Below are positions 10,079 through 21,428 of a stretch of 34,242 nucleotides of DNA, in pieces. Source of the stretch: Octopus sinensis. Lineage: Eukaryota. Within the stretch, counting starts at the first letter, position 1. Each line of letters opens with the position of its first letter. Made by a program: the position numbers and the translations under genes. Where the stretch lies: contig NW_021831732.1 in NCBI RefSeq assembly GCF_006345805.1, positions 1 through 34,242 on the forward strand, given 5' to 3'. The notes beneath the pieces were generated by a model. The model worked only from the letters and a program-made list of their open reading frames with translations. It did no database searches and was not told the origin of the DNA.

Positions 10079-10414
10079 TGACCCCCTTCGGTCAGACACT
10101 GACCATGGGTTTGCACCTAGAGAGTTACCCTCTGAGGCACAAGTCTGGGCGAGGTTGTTTTATGGAAGACCAGCAGTCGCCCATGCATACCGGCCTCCCC
10201 TCTCCACATCACCGATGTTGTCCAAGGGAAAGGCAAAGGGGCCGATACAGCTTGGCACCAGTGACGTCGCAACTCATTTCTACAGTTGAGTGAACTGAAA
10301 CATCGTGAAATAAAGTGTCTTGCTCAAGAACACAACACGCAGCCCGGTCCGGGATTCGAGCTCACAAACTCACGATCGTAAGCTCGACGCTCTAACCACT
10401 GAGCCATGCGCCTT
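10079..10414 (-). mobile_element. SINE family D
   Basis: tRNA-like head on the minus strand. 14-bp TSD CAAGCTGTTAGTAA (10065-10078, 10415-10428). Same family as 26123-26443. Confidence 0.9.
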
Positions 10415-10639
10415 CAAGCTGTTAGTAAATAATATATTTAAAGTGTTAATGGCGAATGAAGTCAAGGAGTGGAAAAGAATGAGATGAATCGTAGCTTCGC
10501 TTCTCAAGATTGTTTGGAGGAGGAATCGGATGTCGGCAGAAAAAAGCAAAACTAAAGCAAAAACGGAAGAAAACTTACAAAAGCACCATGAAAACAAAAA
10601 GATCGACTTTAAAGGGTCCATCTGAAAAAATAATTTTGG

Positions 10640-11050
10640 AAAATATGCAAAAAATTGTTAGCATGCGAGACAAAATGTTTCGTGGTATATCGACCGTCTA
10701 TATTCTCTTGGTTCAAATTCTGCTGAGGTCGACTTTGCCTTTCATCCTTTCGGGGTCGATAAATTAAGTACCAGTTACGCACTGGGGTCGATGTAATCGA
10801 CTTAATACCTATGTCTGTCCTTGTTTGTCCCTCTGTGTTTAGCCCCTTGTGGATAATAAAGAAATAGGTATATTGACCGTCTATATTCTCTTGGTTCAAA
10901 TTCTGCTGAGGTCGACTTTGTCCTTCATCCTTTCAGGGTCGATAAAATAAGTACCAGTTGAGAACTCGGGGGGGGGGGTCAATGTAATCAACTTACCCCC
11001 ACCCCTCCCCCAAACTTGCTGGCCGTATGCCAAAGTTTGAAAGCAATGTT
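10640..11050 (+). mobile_element. SINE family B, two tandem core units
   Basis: Duplicated GACCGTCTATATTCTCTTGGTTCAAATTCTGCTGAGGTCGAC core. Confidence 0.75.
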
Positions 11051-11189
11051 ACAAATTTAGTTGTTACCTTAATTCAAGGGCAATGCATGAATATCATCAT
11101 CATCATCACCATTTAACGTACATTAATACTTTTTGATAGTTATATATATGTATAAAAAAAAATATATAAATATATATAAAATATATATA

Positions 11190-11592
11190 GGCGCAGGAGT
11201 GGCTGTGTGGTAAGTAGCTTGTTTACCAACCACATGGTTCCGGGTTCAGTCCCACTGCGTGGCACCTTGGGCAAGTGTCTTCTACTATAGCCTCGGGCCG
11301 ACCAAAGCCTTGTGAGTGGATTTGGTAGACGGAAACTGAAAGAAGCCCGTCGTATATATGTATATATATGCGTGTGTGTGTTTGTGTGTCTGTGTTTGTC
11401 CCCCTAGCATCGCTTGACAACCGATGCTGGTGTGTTTATGTCCCTGTTACTTAGCGGTTCGGCAAAAGAGACCGATAGAATAAGTACTGGGCTTACAAAA
11501 GAATAAGTCCCGGTGTCGAGTTGCTCGATTAAAGGTGGTGCTCCAGCATGGCCGCAGTCAAATGACTGAAACAAGTAAAAGAGTAAAAGAGT
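11190..11592 (+). mobile_element. SINE family A
   Basis: Full head-to-tail match, inserted in a (TA)n tract. Confidence 0.9.
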
Positions 11593-11593
11593 A

Positions 11594-11677
11594 ATATATA
11601 TATATATATATAATTTTTAAAAATTTTTAATCAAAATATAAATAAAAATATAAATAAAATAATAATAATAAAAATAA

Positions 11678-11720
<43 letters not shown>

Positions 11721-11825
11721 CTATAAGTATAAATTAATATTTTAAAATATTTTTAAAATTTTAACTTTAAATTTAATTAATTTAAATTTTGAATTTTATA
11801 TATTTTGTATATTATATTAATTAAT
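11594..11825. repeat. Near-pure A/T low-complexity tract
   Basis: About 230 bp with very few G/C bases. Confidence 0.8.
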
Positions 11826-12340
11826 TTAAATTCACTGCTGTATTTATTTATTTTTATTACCCACAAGGGGCTAAACACATGGGGGACAAACAAGGACAGA
11901 CAAACAAATTAAGTCGATTACATCGACCCCAGTGCGTAACTGGTACTTAATTTATCGACCCCGGAAGGATGAAAGTCAAAGTCGACCTCAGCGGAATTTG
12001 AACTCAGAACATAAAGACAGAGGAAATACCTATTTCTTTACTACCCACAAGGGACTAAACACAGAGGGGACAAACAGATTAAGTCGATTATATCGACGCC
12101 AGTGCGTAACTGGTACTTATTTGATTGACCCCGAAAGGATGAAATGCAAAGTCGACCCCGGCGGAATTTGAACTCAAAACCTAACGGCAGACGAAATACC
12201 TATTTCTTTACCACCCACAAGGGGTTAAACACAGAGAGGACAAACAAGGACAGACAAACGTATTAAGTCGATTATATCGACCCTAGTGCGTAAATGGTAC
12301 TTATTTAATTGACCCCGAAAGGATGAAAGGCAAAGTCGAA
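11826..12340 (-). mobile_element. SINE family B trimer, 5'-truncated, carrying 3' flank from the 5.1-kb copy
   Basis: Three core units on the minus strand. 11826-11849 is the exact reverse complement of 5087-5110. Confidence 0.85.
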
Positions 12341-12593
12341 CTATCCTGTGTATGAATTAACAGCTCGTAACAGGAACTTATCATGGTGCGAATATAAGCG
12401 GTTTCGTGGAATTCGAAAAGGAAGTAGTTACAACACTTAACTTGCCGTTGTCTGACATAACAACCCTAGAAGTTTGTTCCCTTTCGTCTACGGACTGAAT
12501 TACCTGGATTATAAACTCTGAATTGGACCTGATACTTAGGTGATTATGGAATTGTAAAAGTCTGGGACTCCTTAAGAAGTAAGTCAATCCTTA

Positions 12594-13060
12594 TTTTGTG
12601 TTTTATTTACTTTGTTTAAAAAATTGCCAAAAAATTATTTACTTTGTGTTTTGGGGCGAACCTTCGGTATAGGTACACGTGTGGCTTTGTTCACATTTCT
12701 GAAGATAACAGAAACCCTTTTTTCTCACCCCTAACTCTAACCCTAACACAAACCCTAACCCCCCATATATAAAAAGATACTTTCTTGAAATGTATTCGGT
12801 ACTTCAGGTACTTACAGGGGTACCTATACCGAAGTTACGCCTAACAGAAACCCTTTTCTCCCACCCCTAACCCTAACACAAACCCTAATCCCCCATATAT
12901 ATAAAAAAATACTTTCTTGAAAGGTATTCGGTAGTTCCGGTACTTACACAGGTACCTATACCGAAGTTACGCCTTACTTTGGTTTAAGAAAATAATTTAC
13001 TTTGGGTAAAAAAATATTATTTATTTTGTGTTTTGTTTACTTTGCGGCGTAGTCCCTAAA
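12594..13060. repeat. Unclassified repeat with 22-bp inverted repeats, a 132-bp tandem duplication and (CCCTAA)-like tracts
   Basis: GGCGAACCTTCGGTATAGGTAC (12655-12676) versus reverse copies at 12820-12841 and 12952-12973. Confidence 0.6.
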
Positions 13061-13179
13061 AGTCTTTGTAAATGAGAGGGAACTATAACATAAAAAGATA
13101 TAGGGTGTTTAAACCAGAAATCCGTCTGGGCATTCTTTGATGAATTTTCTCGCAAATACCATCCGCAGTTTGTAAATTA

Positions 13180-13557
13180 CGGCGAGTTGGCAGAATCGTT
13201 AGCACGCTGGGCGAAAGTTCAAATTCCGCCGAGGTCGACTTTGCCTTTTATCCTTTCGGGGTCGATAAATTAAGTACCAGTTCCACACTGGGGTCGATGT
13301 AATCGACTTAATCCATTTGTCTGTCCCTGTTTGTCCTCTCTGTGTTTAGCCCCTTGTGGGTAGTAAAGAAATAGGTATTTCGTCCGTCCTTACGCTCTGA
13401 GTTCAAATTCCGTCGAGGTCGAATTTGCCCTTCATCCATTTAGGGTCGATAAAATAAGTACCAGTTACGCACTGGGGTCGATATAATCGACTTAATCCGT
13501 CTGTCTGCCCTTGTTTGTCCCCTCTGTGTTTAGCCCTTTGTGGGTAGTAAAGAAATA
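13180..13557 (+). mobile_element. SINE family B dimer
   Basis: Head plus two core units. Confidence 0.85.
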
Positions 13558-13841
13558 TATATTGGAATTTGATTTGGAAAAAAAACCCCACTTCCTCCTT
13601 TTTTCTTCACTCTGACAAATATTGAAATTTTTTCAATATTTTCTTCCCATTTATAGCAGAAATTCTTTTATGCTATTAAGAAAAATTATTTTGAAAATTT
13701 GTAATATTTATCAACTTTAAAACTTAACGGTTATGGGATATGCTAGAAACAACAGCCAAATTTCCCTTAAATGGCACACCTTCTCGTCTGAAAATATTTA
13801 CTTTTTTTTTTATTGAAAAGATTTATTTATTGTTATATTTC

Positions 13842-14162
13842 GGAATGGTCATTTTGCCAGTTTAGCCAATTAAAACACACGCACTATATATTTGATGGGT
13901 ACTAGTCGCGTAGACTGGACCCGGTTTGCGCACACGCGCATCCGCGCTAGCCAGTCGTAGGTAGTCGATATATACGTGTTTGTCCCCGCAACATTGCTTG
14001 ACAACCGATGCTGGTATGTTTACGTCCCCGTTAATTAGCGGTTCGGCAAAAGAGACCGATAGAATAAGTACTAGGCTTACAAAGAATAAGACCTGGGGTC
14101 GATTTGCTCGACTAAAAGGCGGTGCTCCAGCATGGCCACAGTCAAATGACTGAAACAAGTAA
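13842..14162 (+). mobile_element. Element sharing the SINE family A 3' half but with a different 5' part
   Basis: The 3' half CATTGCTTGACAACCGATGCTGG...GACTGAAACAAGT matches family A. The 5' part lacks the family A head. Confidence 0.6.
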
Positions 14163-14544
14163 AAAAAAAAAACTGGTAAAAAAAAATCCCCTTACCTTAA
14201 AAGAGTTAATTAACAACTCTAACGTTTTTGGAATGAATTGAATATGGAGATCAGTGTGTGTCTTTTAGCCAGCTTCTTGTGACTCCATAGATCATGACAG
14301 CAAACTTTTGTTTCGAATGAGAAATTTGCATTGTGTAAACTAATATATTTCGATTTCGCTACGCATGAACGAAAGAAAACAAAACATTTGCTGGTAAAAG
14401 TGTCAACAGATAAGAAAAAGTGAGAGGAGGACTGTGTTCTTAAAATATCTGTCCAGATAATAATCAAACTAACAACCCTTCCACTTTGCCAGGTATATAT
14501 ATATATATATATATATATAGGTGTAGGCGTGACTGTGTGGTATT

Positions 14545-15095
14545 AAGGCGGCGAGCTGGCAGAAACGTTAGCACTCCGGGCAAAATACTTAGCGGTATTT
14601 CGTCTGCTGTTACGTTCTGAGTTCAAATTCCGCCGAGGTCGACTTTGCCTTTCATCTTTTTGGAGTCGATTAAATAAGTACCAGTTACGCACCAGGGTCG
14701 ATATAATCGGCTTAATCTGTTTGTCTGTTCTGGTTTGTCCCCTCTGAGTTTAGCCCCTTGTGGGTAGTAAAGAAATAGGTATTAAGTGTGTGTGTAGGTG
14801 TGGAAGCACATGGCCTAGTGATTAGAGCAGCGGACTCACGGTCGAGGGATCGTGGGTTCGAATCTGAGACTGGGTGATGTGTGTGTTTATGAGCGAAACT
14901 CCTAAGCTCCACGCGGCTCCGGCAGAAGGTAATGGCGAACTTCTGCTGACCCTTTCGCCACAACTTTCTCCCACTCTTTCCTCCTGCATCTTGCAGCTCA
15001 CCTGTGACGGACCGGCGTCCGTCCAGGTGGGGAACCTATACGCCAAATAAACCGGGAAACCGGCCCTTATGAGCCAGGCATAGCTCTAGAAGGAA
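14545..15095 (+). mobile_element. SINE family B (14545-14786, TSD GGTATTAAG) followed by SINE family C (14800-15095)
   Basis: Direct matches to other copies in the window. Confidence 0.8.
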
Positions 15096-15316
15096 CAAAT
15101 AATGTGTGTATGCGTGTGTGTGTTTTGTGTTTGTATTTAGCAAAAGCAGCTAGAATACTAAAAATCGTCCATTTTCTTGTTTGATTTTACGTTTTCGTTT
15201 TTCGTTGTTCTACGTTTATTTGTGGTGTCCTGTACTCATATATGCATGTATGTATACATATAGATGTAGGTATGTACATATATGTATGTATGCATATGTT
15301 TTATTTATTAAATTGT

Positions 15317-15365
<49 letters not shown>

Positions 15366-15841
15366 CAAATTATTACATTATATAAAAGGGCTTAGTAAAA
15401 TAAATTACTTTGCCGCATACTGAACTCATTAGAAATAGCAGCTAAAAAAAACATTTATAAAACTATTTCTAATACTTAAAGAAAACCTCTCTCATATAGT
15501 GTATGAGAGGATCTTCAAAAGCGATAGGAGGCCGAAGGAGTATGCTCCCACTTTCAGTGTTTTCAAATCCAAACCAGGGAGTTCTGAGCTGATGATAGAA
15601 ATGTCGAGTTTTGACTAATCTTGAAACGTACGTTCTCAAATAACCTTTGCATCTGATTTTTTAATGTCTCTACCCCCCATACTTCCGTGAGTTGAATTGA
15701 GCAAACACTATATGAGAGAGGTTTTCTTTAAGTATTAGAAATAGTTTTATAAATGTTTTTTTTAGCTGCTATTTCTAATGAGTTCAGTATGCGGCAAAGT
15801 AATTTATTTTACTAAGCCCTTTTATATAATGTAATAATTTG
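15366..15841. repeat. Perfect 137-bp inverted repeat (15366-15502 / 15705-15841) with a 202-bp spacer
   Basis: Base-by-base comparison of the arms shows no mismatch. No TSD found. Confidence 0.95.
15583..15640 (+). ncRNA. Minimal type-I hammerhead ribozyme motif (Penelope-type)
   Basis: Stem I TGAG/CTCA, core CTGATGA (15589-15595), stem II AGA/TCT plus GTCGA/TTGAC, GAAA (15623-15626), palindromic stem III ACGTACGT, GUU site. Confidence 0.7.
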
Positions 15842-15920
15842 AATTCGCCTTAAATGGTCCCTTTGCATACTGAACACTTGGTGAAATTGATTAATTAATT
15901 AATTTTACCCTCAATTGTTG

Positions 15921-15976
<56 letters not shown>

Positions 15977-15977
<1 letters not shown>

Positions 15978-16182
15978 TCTCTTTTTTCTCTTTTTACTTG
16001 TTTCAGTCATTTGACTGCGGCCATGCTGGAGCACCGCCTTTAGTAGAGCAAATCGACCCCGGGACTTATTCTTTGTAAGCCTAGTACTTATTCTATCGGT
16101 TCTCTTTTGCCGAACCGCTAAGTGATGGGGATGTAAACAGACCAGCATCGGTTTTCAAGCAATGCTAGGGGGACAAACACAG

Positions 16183-16249
<67 letters not shown>

Positions 16250-16412
16250 TACGACAGGCTTCTTTCAGTTTCCGTCTACCAAATCCACTCACAAGGCATT
16301 GTTCGGCCCGGGGCTATAGCAGAAGACACTTGCCCAAGATGCCACGCAGTGAGACTGAACCCGGAACCATGTAGTTGGTTAGCAAGTTACTTACCACACA
16401 GTCACTCCTACA

Positions 16413-16415
<3 letters not shown>
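15977..16415 (-). mobile_element. SINE family A
   Basis: Full-length reverse-complement match, flanked by (TA)n. Confidence 0.9.
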
Positions 16416-16450
<35 letters not shown>

Positions 16451-16452
<2 letters not shown>

Positions 16453-19400
16453 ATCATCATCGTTTAACGTCCGTTCTCCATGCTAGCATGGGTTGGACGG
16501 TTCGACCGGGGATCTGGGAAGCCAGAAGGCTGCACCAGGCTCCGGTCTTATCTGGCAATGTTTCTACAGCTGGATGCTCTTCCTAACGCCAACCACTCCG
16601 TGAGTGTAGTGGGTGCTTTTTACGTGCCACCTGCACTGGTGCCAGGCGAGGCTGGCATCGGCCACAGTTGGATTGGTGCATTTTACGTGCCACCTGCACG
16701 GAAGCCAGTCGAGGCGGCACTGGCTTCGGCCACGATTCGGATGGTGCTTTTTACATACCACCGACACGGAAGCCAGTCAAGGCGGCGCTGGCATCAGCCA
16801 CGATTCGGATAGTGCTTTTTACGTATCTCCAGTCCAGGGGTCCTGGCATCTGTCGGGTGCCAGTCATAGGATTGGTTCAATTTCGATTTCAATTTCACTT
16901 GCCCCAACAGGTCTTCGCAAGCAAGGTGCCTGTCGTCGGATGAGGTTCGATATCGACTTCGCTTGCCTCAACAGGTCTTTGTGTGTCGAAGGGAGGAAAG
17001 GCATGCATAAGTGGGCTGGACTCACTTGTCCTGCCTGGTCTTTTCACGCACAGCATATTTCCAAAGGTCTCGGTCGCTGGTCATTTCTTCAGTGAGGCCT
17101 AAAGTTCGAAGGATGTGCTTCACCACCTCGTCCCAAGTTTTCCTGGGTCTACCTCTTCCACGGGTTCCCTCCACTGCTAGGGATTGGCACTTTTCACACA
17201 CCTATCTTCATCCATTCTCGCCACATGACCATACCAGCGCAATCGTCTTTCTTGCACACCACAACTGATGCCTCTTAGGTACAACTTTTCTCTCAAGGTA
17301 CTTACACTCTGTCGAGCATGCACACTGACATTACACATCCATCGGAGCATACTGGCTTCATTTCTCGCGAGCTTACGCATGTTCTCAGCAGTCACGGCCC
17401 AAGTTTCACTGCCATGTAGCATGGCTGTTTGTACACATGCGTCATACAGTCTGCCTTTTACTCTGAGCGAGAGGCCTTTAGTCACCAGCAGAGGTAAGAG
17501 CTCCCTAAACTTTGCCCAGGCTATTCTTACTCTAGCCGTTACACTTTCAGCACACCCACCCCCACTACTGACTTGGTCACCAAGATAACGGAAGCTATCA
17601 ACTACTTCTAGTTTTTCCCCCTGGAAAGTGACGGAAGTTGTTTCCTGCAGATTTTCAGAGGTTAATGCTCCCGAGCATCTGCCACATACAAAAACCATCT
17701 TCCTAGTTAGCCTTCCTATGACATTGCTGCACCTCTTATGTGTCCATAGCTTACACTTGGTGCATCTTATAGAGTTTCTACCTACACCTTTTCTACAGAT
17801 CGAGCAGGGCCATCTACCTGAAGGCGTTTGTGATTTGTCTACCTTCCTACTTATTACGACTTTGGTTTTAGCTAGATTGACTCTAAGGCCCTTCGATTCT
17901 AAACCTTGCTTCCACACCTGAAACTTCTTCTCCAGTTCTGATAGTGACTCAGCAATTAGAGCAAGGTCATCAGCATAGAGGAGCTCCCAGGGGCATCCTG
18001 TCTTGAATTCCTCCGTTATTGCCTGGAGGACTATGATAAATAGGAGGGGGCTGAGGACTGAGCCTTGGTGGACCCCTACCTCTACCCGGAATTCTTCACT
18101 GTACTCGTTGCCAACCCTCACCTTACTAGCAGCGTCCCTGTACATGGCTTGCACAGCTCTCACTAACCATTCATCTATTCCTAGTTTCCTCATTGACCAC
18201 CAGATGAGGGATCGGGTGACCCTGTCGAAGGCTTTCTCCATGTCAACAAATGCCAGGTACAGGGGCTTATCTTTGGCTAGGTATTTCTCCTGCAGCTGCC
18301 TTACCAGGAATATAGCATCAGTGGTACTTTTCCCTGGCACGAACCCAAACTGCATCTCATCTAAACTAACTCTCTCTCTAATTAGTTGGCTTATGACCCT
18401 CTCCGTAACCTTCATCACCTGATCCAACAGCTTGATGCCCCTGTAGTTATTTGTATCTAGGGCATCGCCTTTACCTTTGTAGCAGTTGACTATTATGCTG
18501 CTACACCAGTCATTGGGTATGACTCCTTCGTGTATCACCTGATTAACTATACGGGTGACTAGGCTATAGCCAACACTACCAGATATTTTGAGCATCTCTG
18601 CAGTGATACCTGATGGGCCTGGGGCTTTCCTTGTCTTCATGCTTCTAATTGCCTTAACTACCAAGGAACTATCAACCCTGATAGCTGGTCCCTCTGTTGG
18701 GTCAACGTTCGGCAGACTCTCTTTATCCCATTCATTTTCTTTATTCAGCAACCTTTCATAGTGGCGTCTCCAAGCCTCTCTCTTTGCATCCTCGTTTAGC
18801 GCAAGTGAACCATCTTCCATGTGAACACACTTCTCTTCTACCACATCACAATTCTCTTTCACACACTGTCTTGCAACGCGAAACACCTCCAGTTTTTGGT
18901 CCTCACGGCGCAGAACATTGGCAAATTTTTTCTTATCTGCTTTCCTTCTGGCTAGATAGACCTGTCTACTAGCTTCCCTTTTAGCAGTCTGATATAATTC
19001 CCTGCTACCCCCATTCTTCCAGTGCTTCCAAGTCTGTCTCTTTTCTCTAATAGCCCTGTCTACAACACTGTTCCACCACCATGTTACCTTGGGACGAGAG
19101 GGGACTTTGCACCAGCCACAGATCTGGTCAGTGGCTCTCAGCAGGTTGTCCCTTAGAAACGTCCAGTTGCTCTCTACCCCATGTGATACTCTATCCCCTT
19201 CTACTTCGTCAAAGGCTTCAAGTAGCATGTCCCTAAATCTCTGTCCATTCGCAGGATCTTTAAGCTTCCAGATCCTTCTTCTCCATGTTGGTCGTCTTCT
19301 GGTTGTTCTCCTAGTCCTGATCCTAAAGTCACTAACTACCAGTCTATGTTGTGGGGTACATTCTTCACCTGGGAAGGTTTTGGCATTTATAAGCAGCCAT

Positions 19401-19828
19401 CTCTCCCTTTGCCTGGCAAAGATGTAGTCAATTTGGCTGGTATGTTGGCCCGATCGGTAGGTGACTAGGTGGCTGGTAGGTTTCGTGAAGTTAGTGTTGC
19501 AAATCCTAAGATTATTTGCATCGCAGAACTCCAGCAGCCTGGTTCCCTCCTCGTTGCGGGAACCAAAGCCATAGCCTCCATGTACGCCATGGAAGCCCCC
19601 AGCATGTCGTCCAACGTGACCATTGAAGTCACCAGCCACAAAGAGAAGGTCTCTGTCGTTCATCAACGAGGTAGTCTGCAGTAGAGTGTCATAGAATCGG
19701 TCTTTCTGTCCATCGGGTAGCCCTGGCTGAGGGGCATAGGCTGATATAATGGTTGCTAAACTATGATGAAGCGCTAATCTAATCTTAAGTATTCTGTCGC
19801 ATACTCTGATTATCTCAATTACTTTATC
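16451..19828 (-). mobile_element. RTE-clade LINE, 5'-truncated inside the APE endonuclease, with ~570-bp 3' UTR and (GAT)n tail
   Basis: APE motifs (ISAYAPQ, AGDFNGHVG, QIDYI, QHRLVV) and RT motifs (QFGF, VDMEKAFD, HQGSVLSP, YADD, YLG). Inserted in a (TA)n tract. Confidence 0.95.
17022..19828 (-). pseudogene. RTE APE-RT ORF lacking its N-terminus, with a single 1-nt frameshift at 17191-17194
   Basis: Open from DKVIEIIRVCDR to DEDRCVK. Adding one A restores KCQSLAVEGTRGRGRPRKTW...KTRQDK-stop (TGA 17024-17022). Confidence 0.9.
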
Positions 19829-19836
19829 TCCTCAAT

Positions 19837-19892
<56 letters not shown>

Positions 19893-20878
19893 AAAAAATG
19901 AAGTTCGAAAATGCTGCTGTATTATACAATTTTTAATTTTTATATATACATTATAACATGTTTCAGTTCCTGAAATGAACTTTATCAAAAAAAGTTATAT
20001 ATAAAAAAAGACAGCTCATGCCGTCAAACACAAGAAATTCATTTATAATACACAACGGAGTCAGACATCTTAGAGTTCATGTATAGTTGATATATAGTTC
20101 ATGTATAGTTGATATATATATATATACTTATATACAAGACGTTATTTGTCAATAGAAATAGATCAGCATGTTGACAATGTCTTATTTATCTTTTACCTGA
20201 CGAACCTACAAATAAATGAGTAATCTTTCATTTTATTTCTACTTTCGTTATTCTCTTTTGCCAACCCTTATCCTTTAAATAGGGTCCTCTTAGACTGGGG
20301 TCAAAGGACATTGTTTTCCATGATGGTTAAACTTGTTTACACCTGTCAGGTGAAGTACAAGTAAAGAAACACTAACACACACTCAACAGGCTTCTTTCAG
20401 TTTCCATCTACCAAATCCACTCTGAAGGCTTTGATTAGCCAGGGGCTTAAGTAGCAGGTGCTTGTTGAAGGTACCCCACAGTGGGACTGAACCCAAAACC
20501 ATGTGACTGGAAAACAAATGTCTTACCACAAAGCTACACCTGAGACTATCATGAATTGGTTCCCAATTTGGCAAAAGGCCTGCAGTTTCAGGAGAGGGGG
20601 TAAGTTGCTCACATTGACCCCTTTGTTAAACTGGTACTCATTTTATCGACCTAAAAAGGATAAAAGGCAAAGTTGACCCTGGCAGAATTTGAACTCAGAA
20701 AACAGACGGAATGTTGCAATGCCTTTTACCCAGCAGGTTAAAGATTCTGCCAGCTCACTGCCTTACCTGAGCCTGTGATGAATTAAAGATGTAAAAAAAC
20801 AGACTTGGTAGCCATGGTTGGAGCATCTCAGATTAAATTTGACCTAGGGCTAAACAAAAGATAATAGAAATGTAAATA

Positions 20879-21428
20879 GGCGCAAGAGTGGCTGTGTGGT
20901 AAGTAGCTTGTTTACCAACCACATGGTTCCGAGTTCAGTCCCACTGCGTGACACCTTGCGCGAGTGACTTCTACTATAGCCTCAGGCTGACCAAAGCCTT
21001 GTGAGTGGATTTGGTAGACGGAAACTGAAAGAAGCCAGTCGTATATATGTATATATATATATGTATGTGTGTGTGTCTGTGTTTGTCCCCCTAGCATTGC
21101 TTGACAACCGACGCTGGTGTGTTTACGTCCCCGTCACTTAGCGGTTCGGCAAAAAGAAACCGATAGAATAAGTACTGGGCTTACAAAAAGAATAAGTTCC
21201 GGGGTCGATTTGCTCGACTAAAAGGCGGTGCTCCAGCATGGCCGCAGTCAAATGACTGAAACAAGTAAAAGAGTAAACTTAGCGGTTCGGCAAAAAGAAA
21301 CCGATAGAATAAGTACTGGGCTTACAAAAAGAATAAGTCCCGGGGTCGATTTGCTCGACTAAAAGGCGGTGCTCCAGCATGGCTGCAGTCAAATGACTGA
21401 AACAAGTAAAAGAGTAAAAGAGAGAGTA
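20879..21428 (+). mobile_element. SINE family A with a 140-bp tandem duplication of its 3' part
   Basis: CTTAGCGGTTCGGC...AAGAGTAAA occurs twice. Flanked by a 73-bp direct repeat. Confidence 0.9.

Noticed and set aside
11594-11825. A/T-only tract as a functional element
   Set aside because: It is low complexity between two SINE tails, so a degenerate tail or poor base-calling is more likely.
12341-12590. Coding-looking unique segment (68-aa ORF) as a host exon
   Set aside because: No matching splice pair in a compatible phase, no recognisable domain, and stops in the alternative frames.
17268-19684. Plus-strand ORFs of 70-140 aa overlapping the LINE
   Set aside because: They are antisense shadows of the RTE ORF.
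20197-20205. Possible 9-nt phase-1 micro-exon TAG|GTTCGTCAG|GTAAAA on the minus strand
   Set aside because: It would fit the frame, but the polypyrimidine tract is very short and such motifs arise by chance in 20 kb. Needs RNA-seq.
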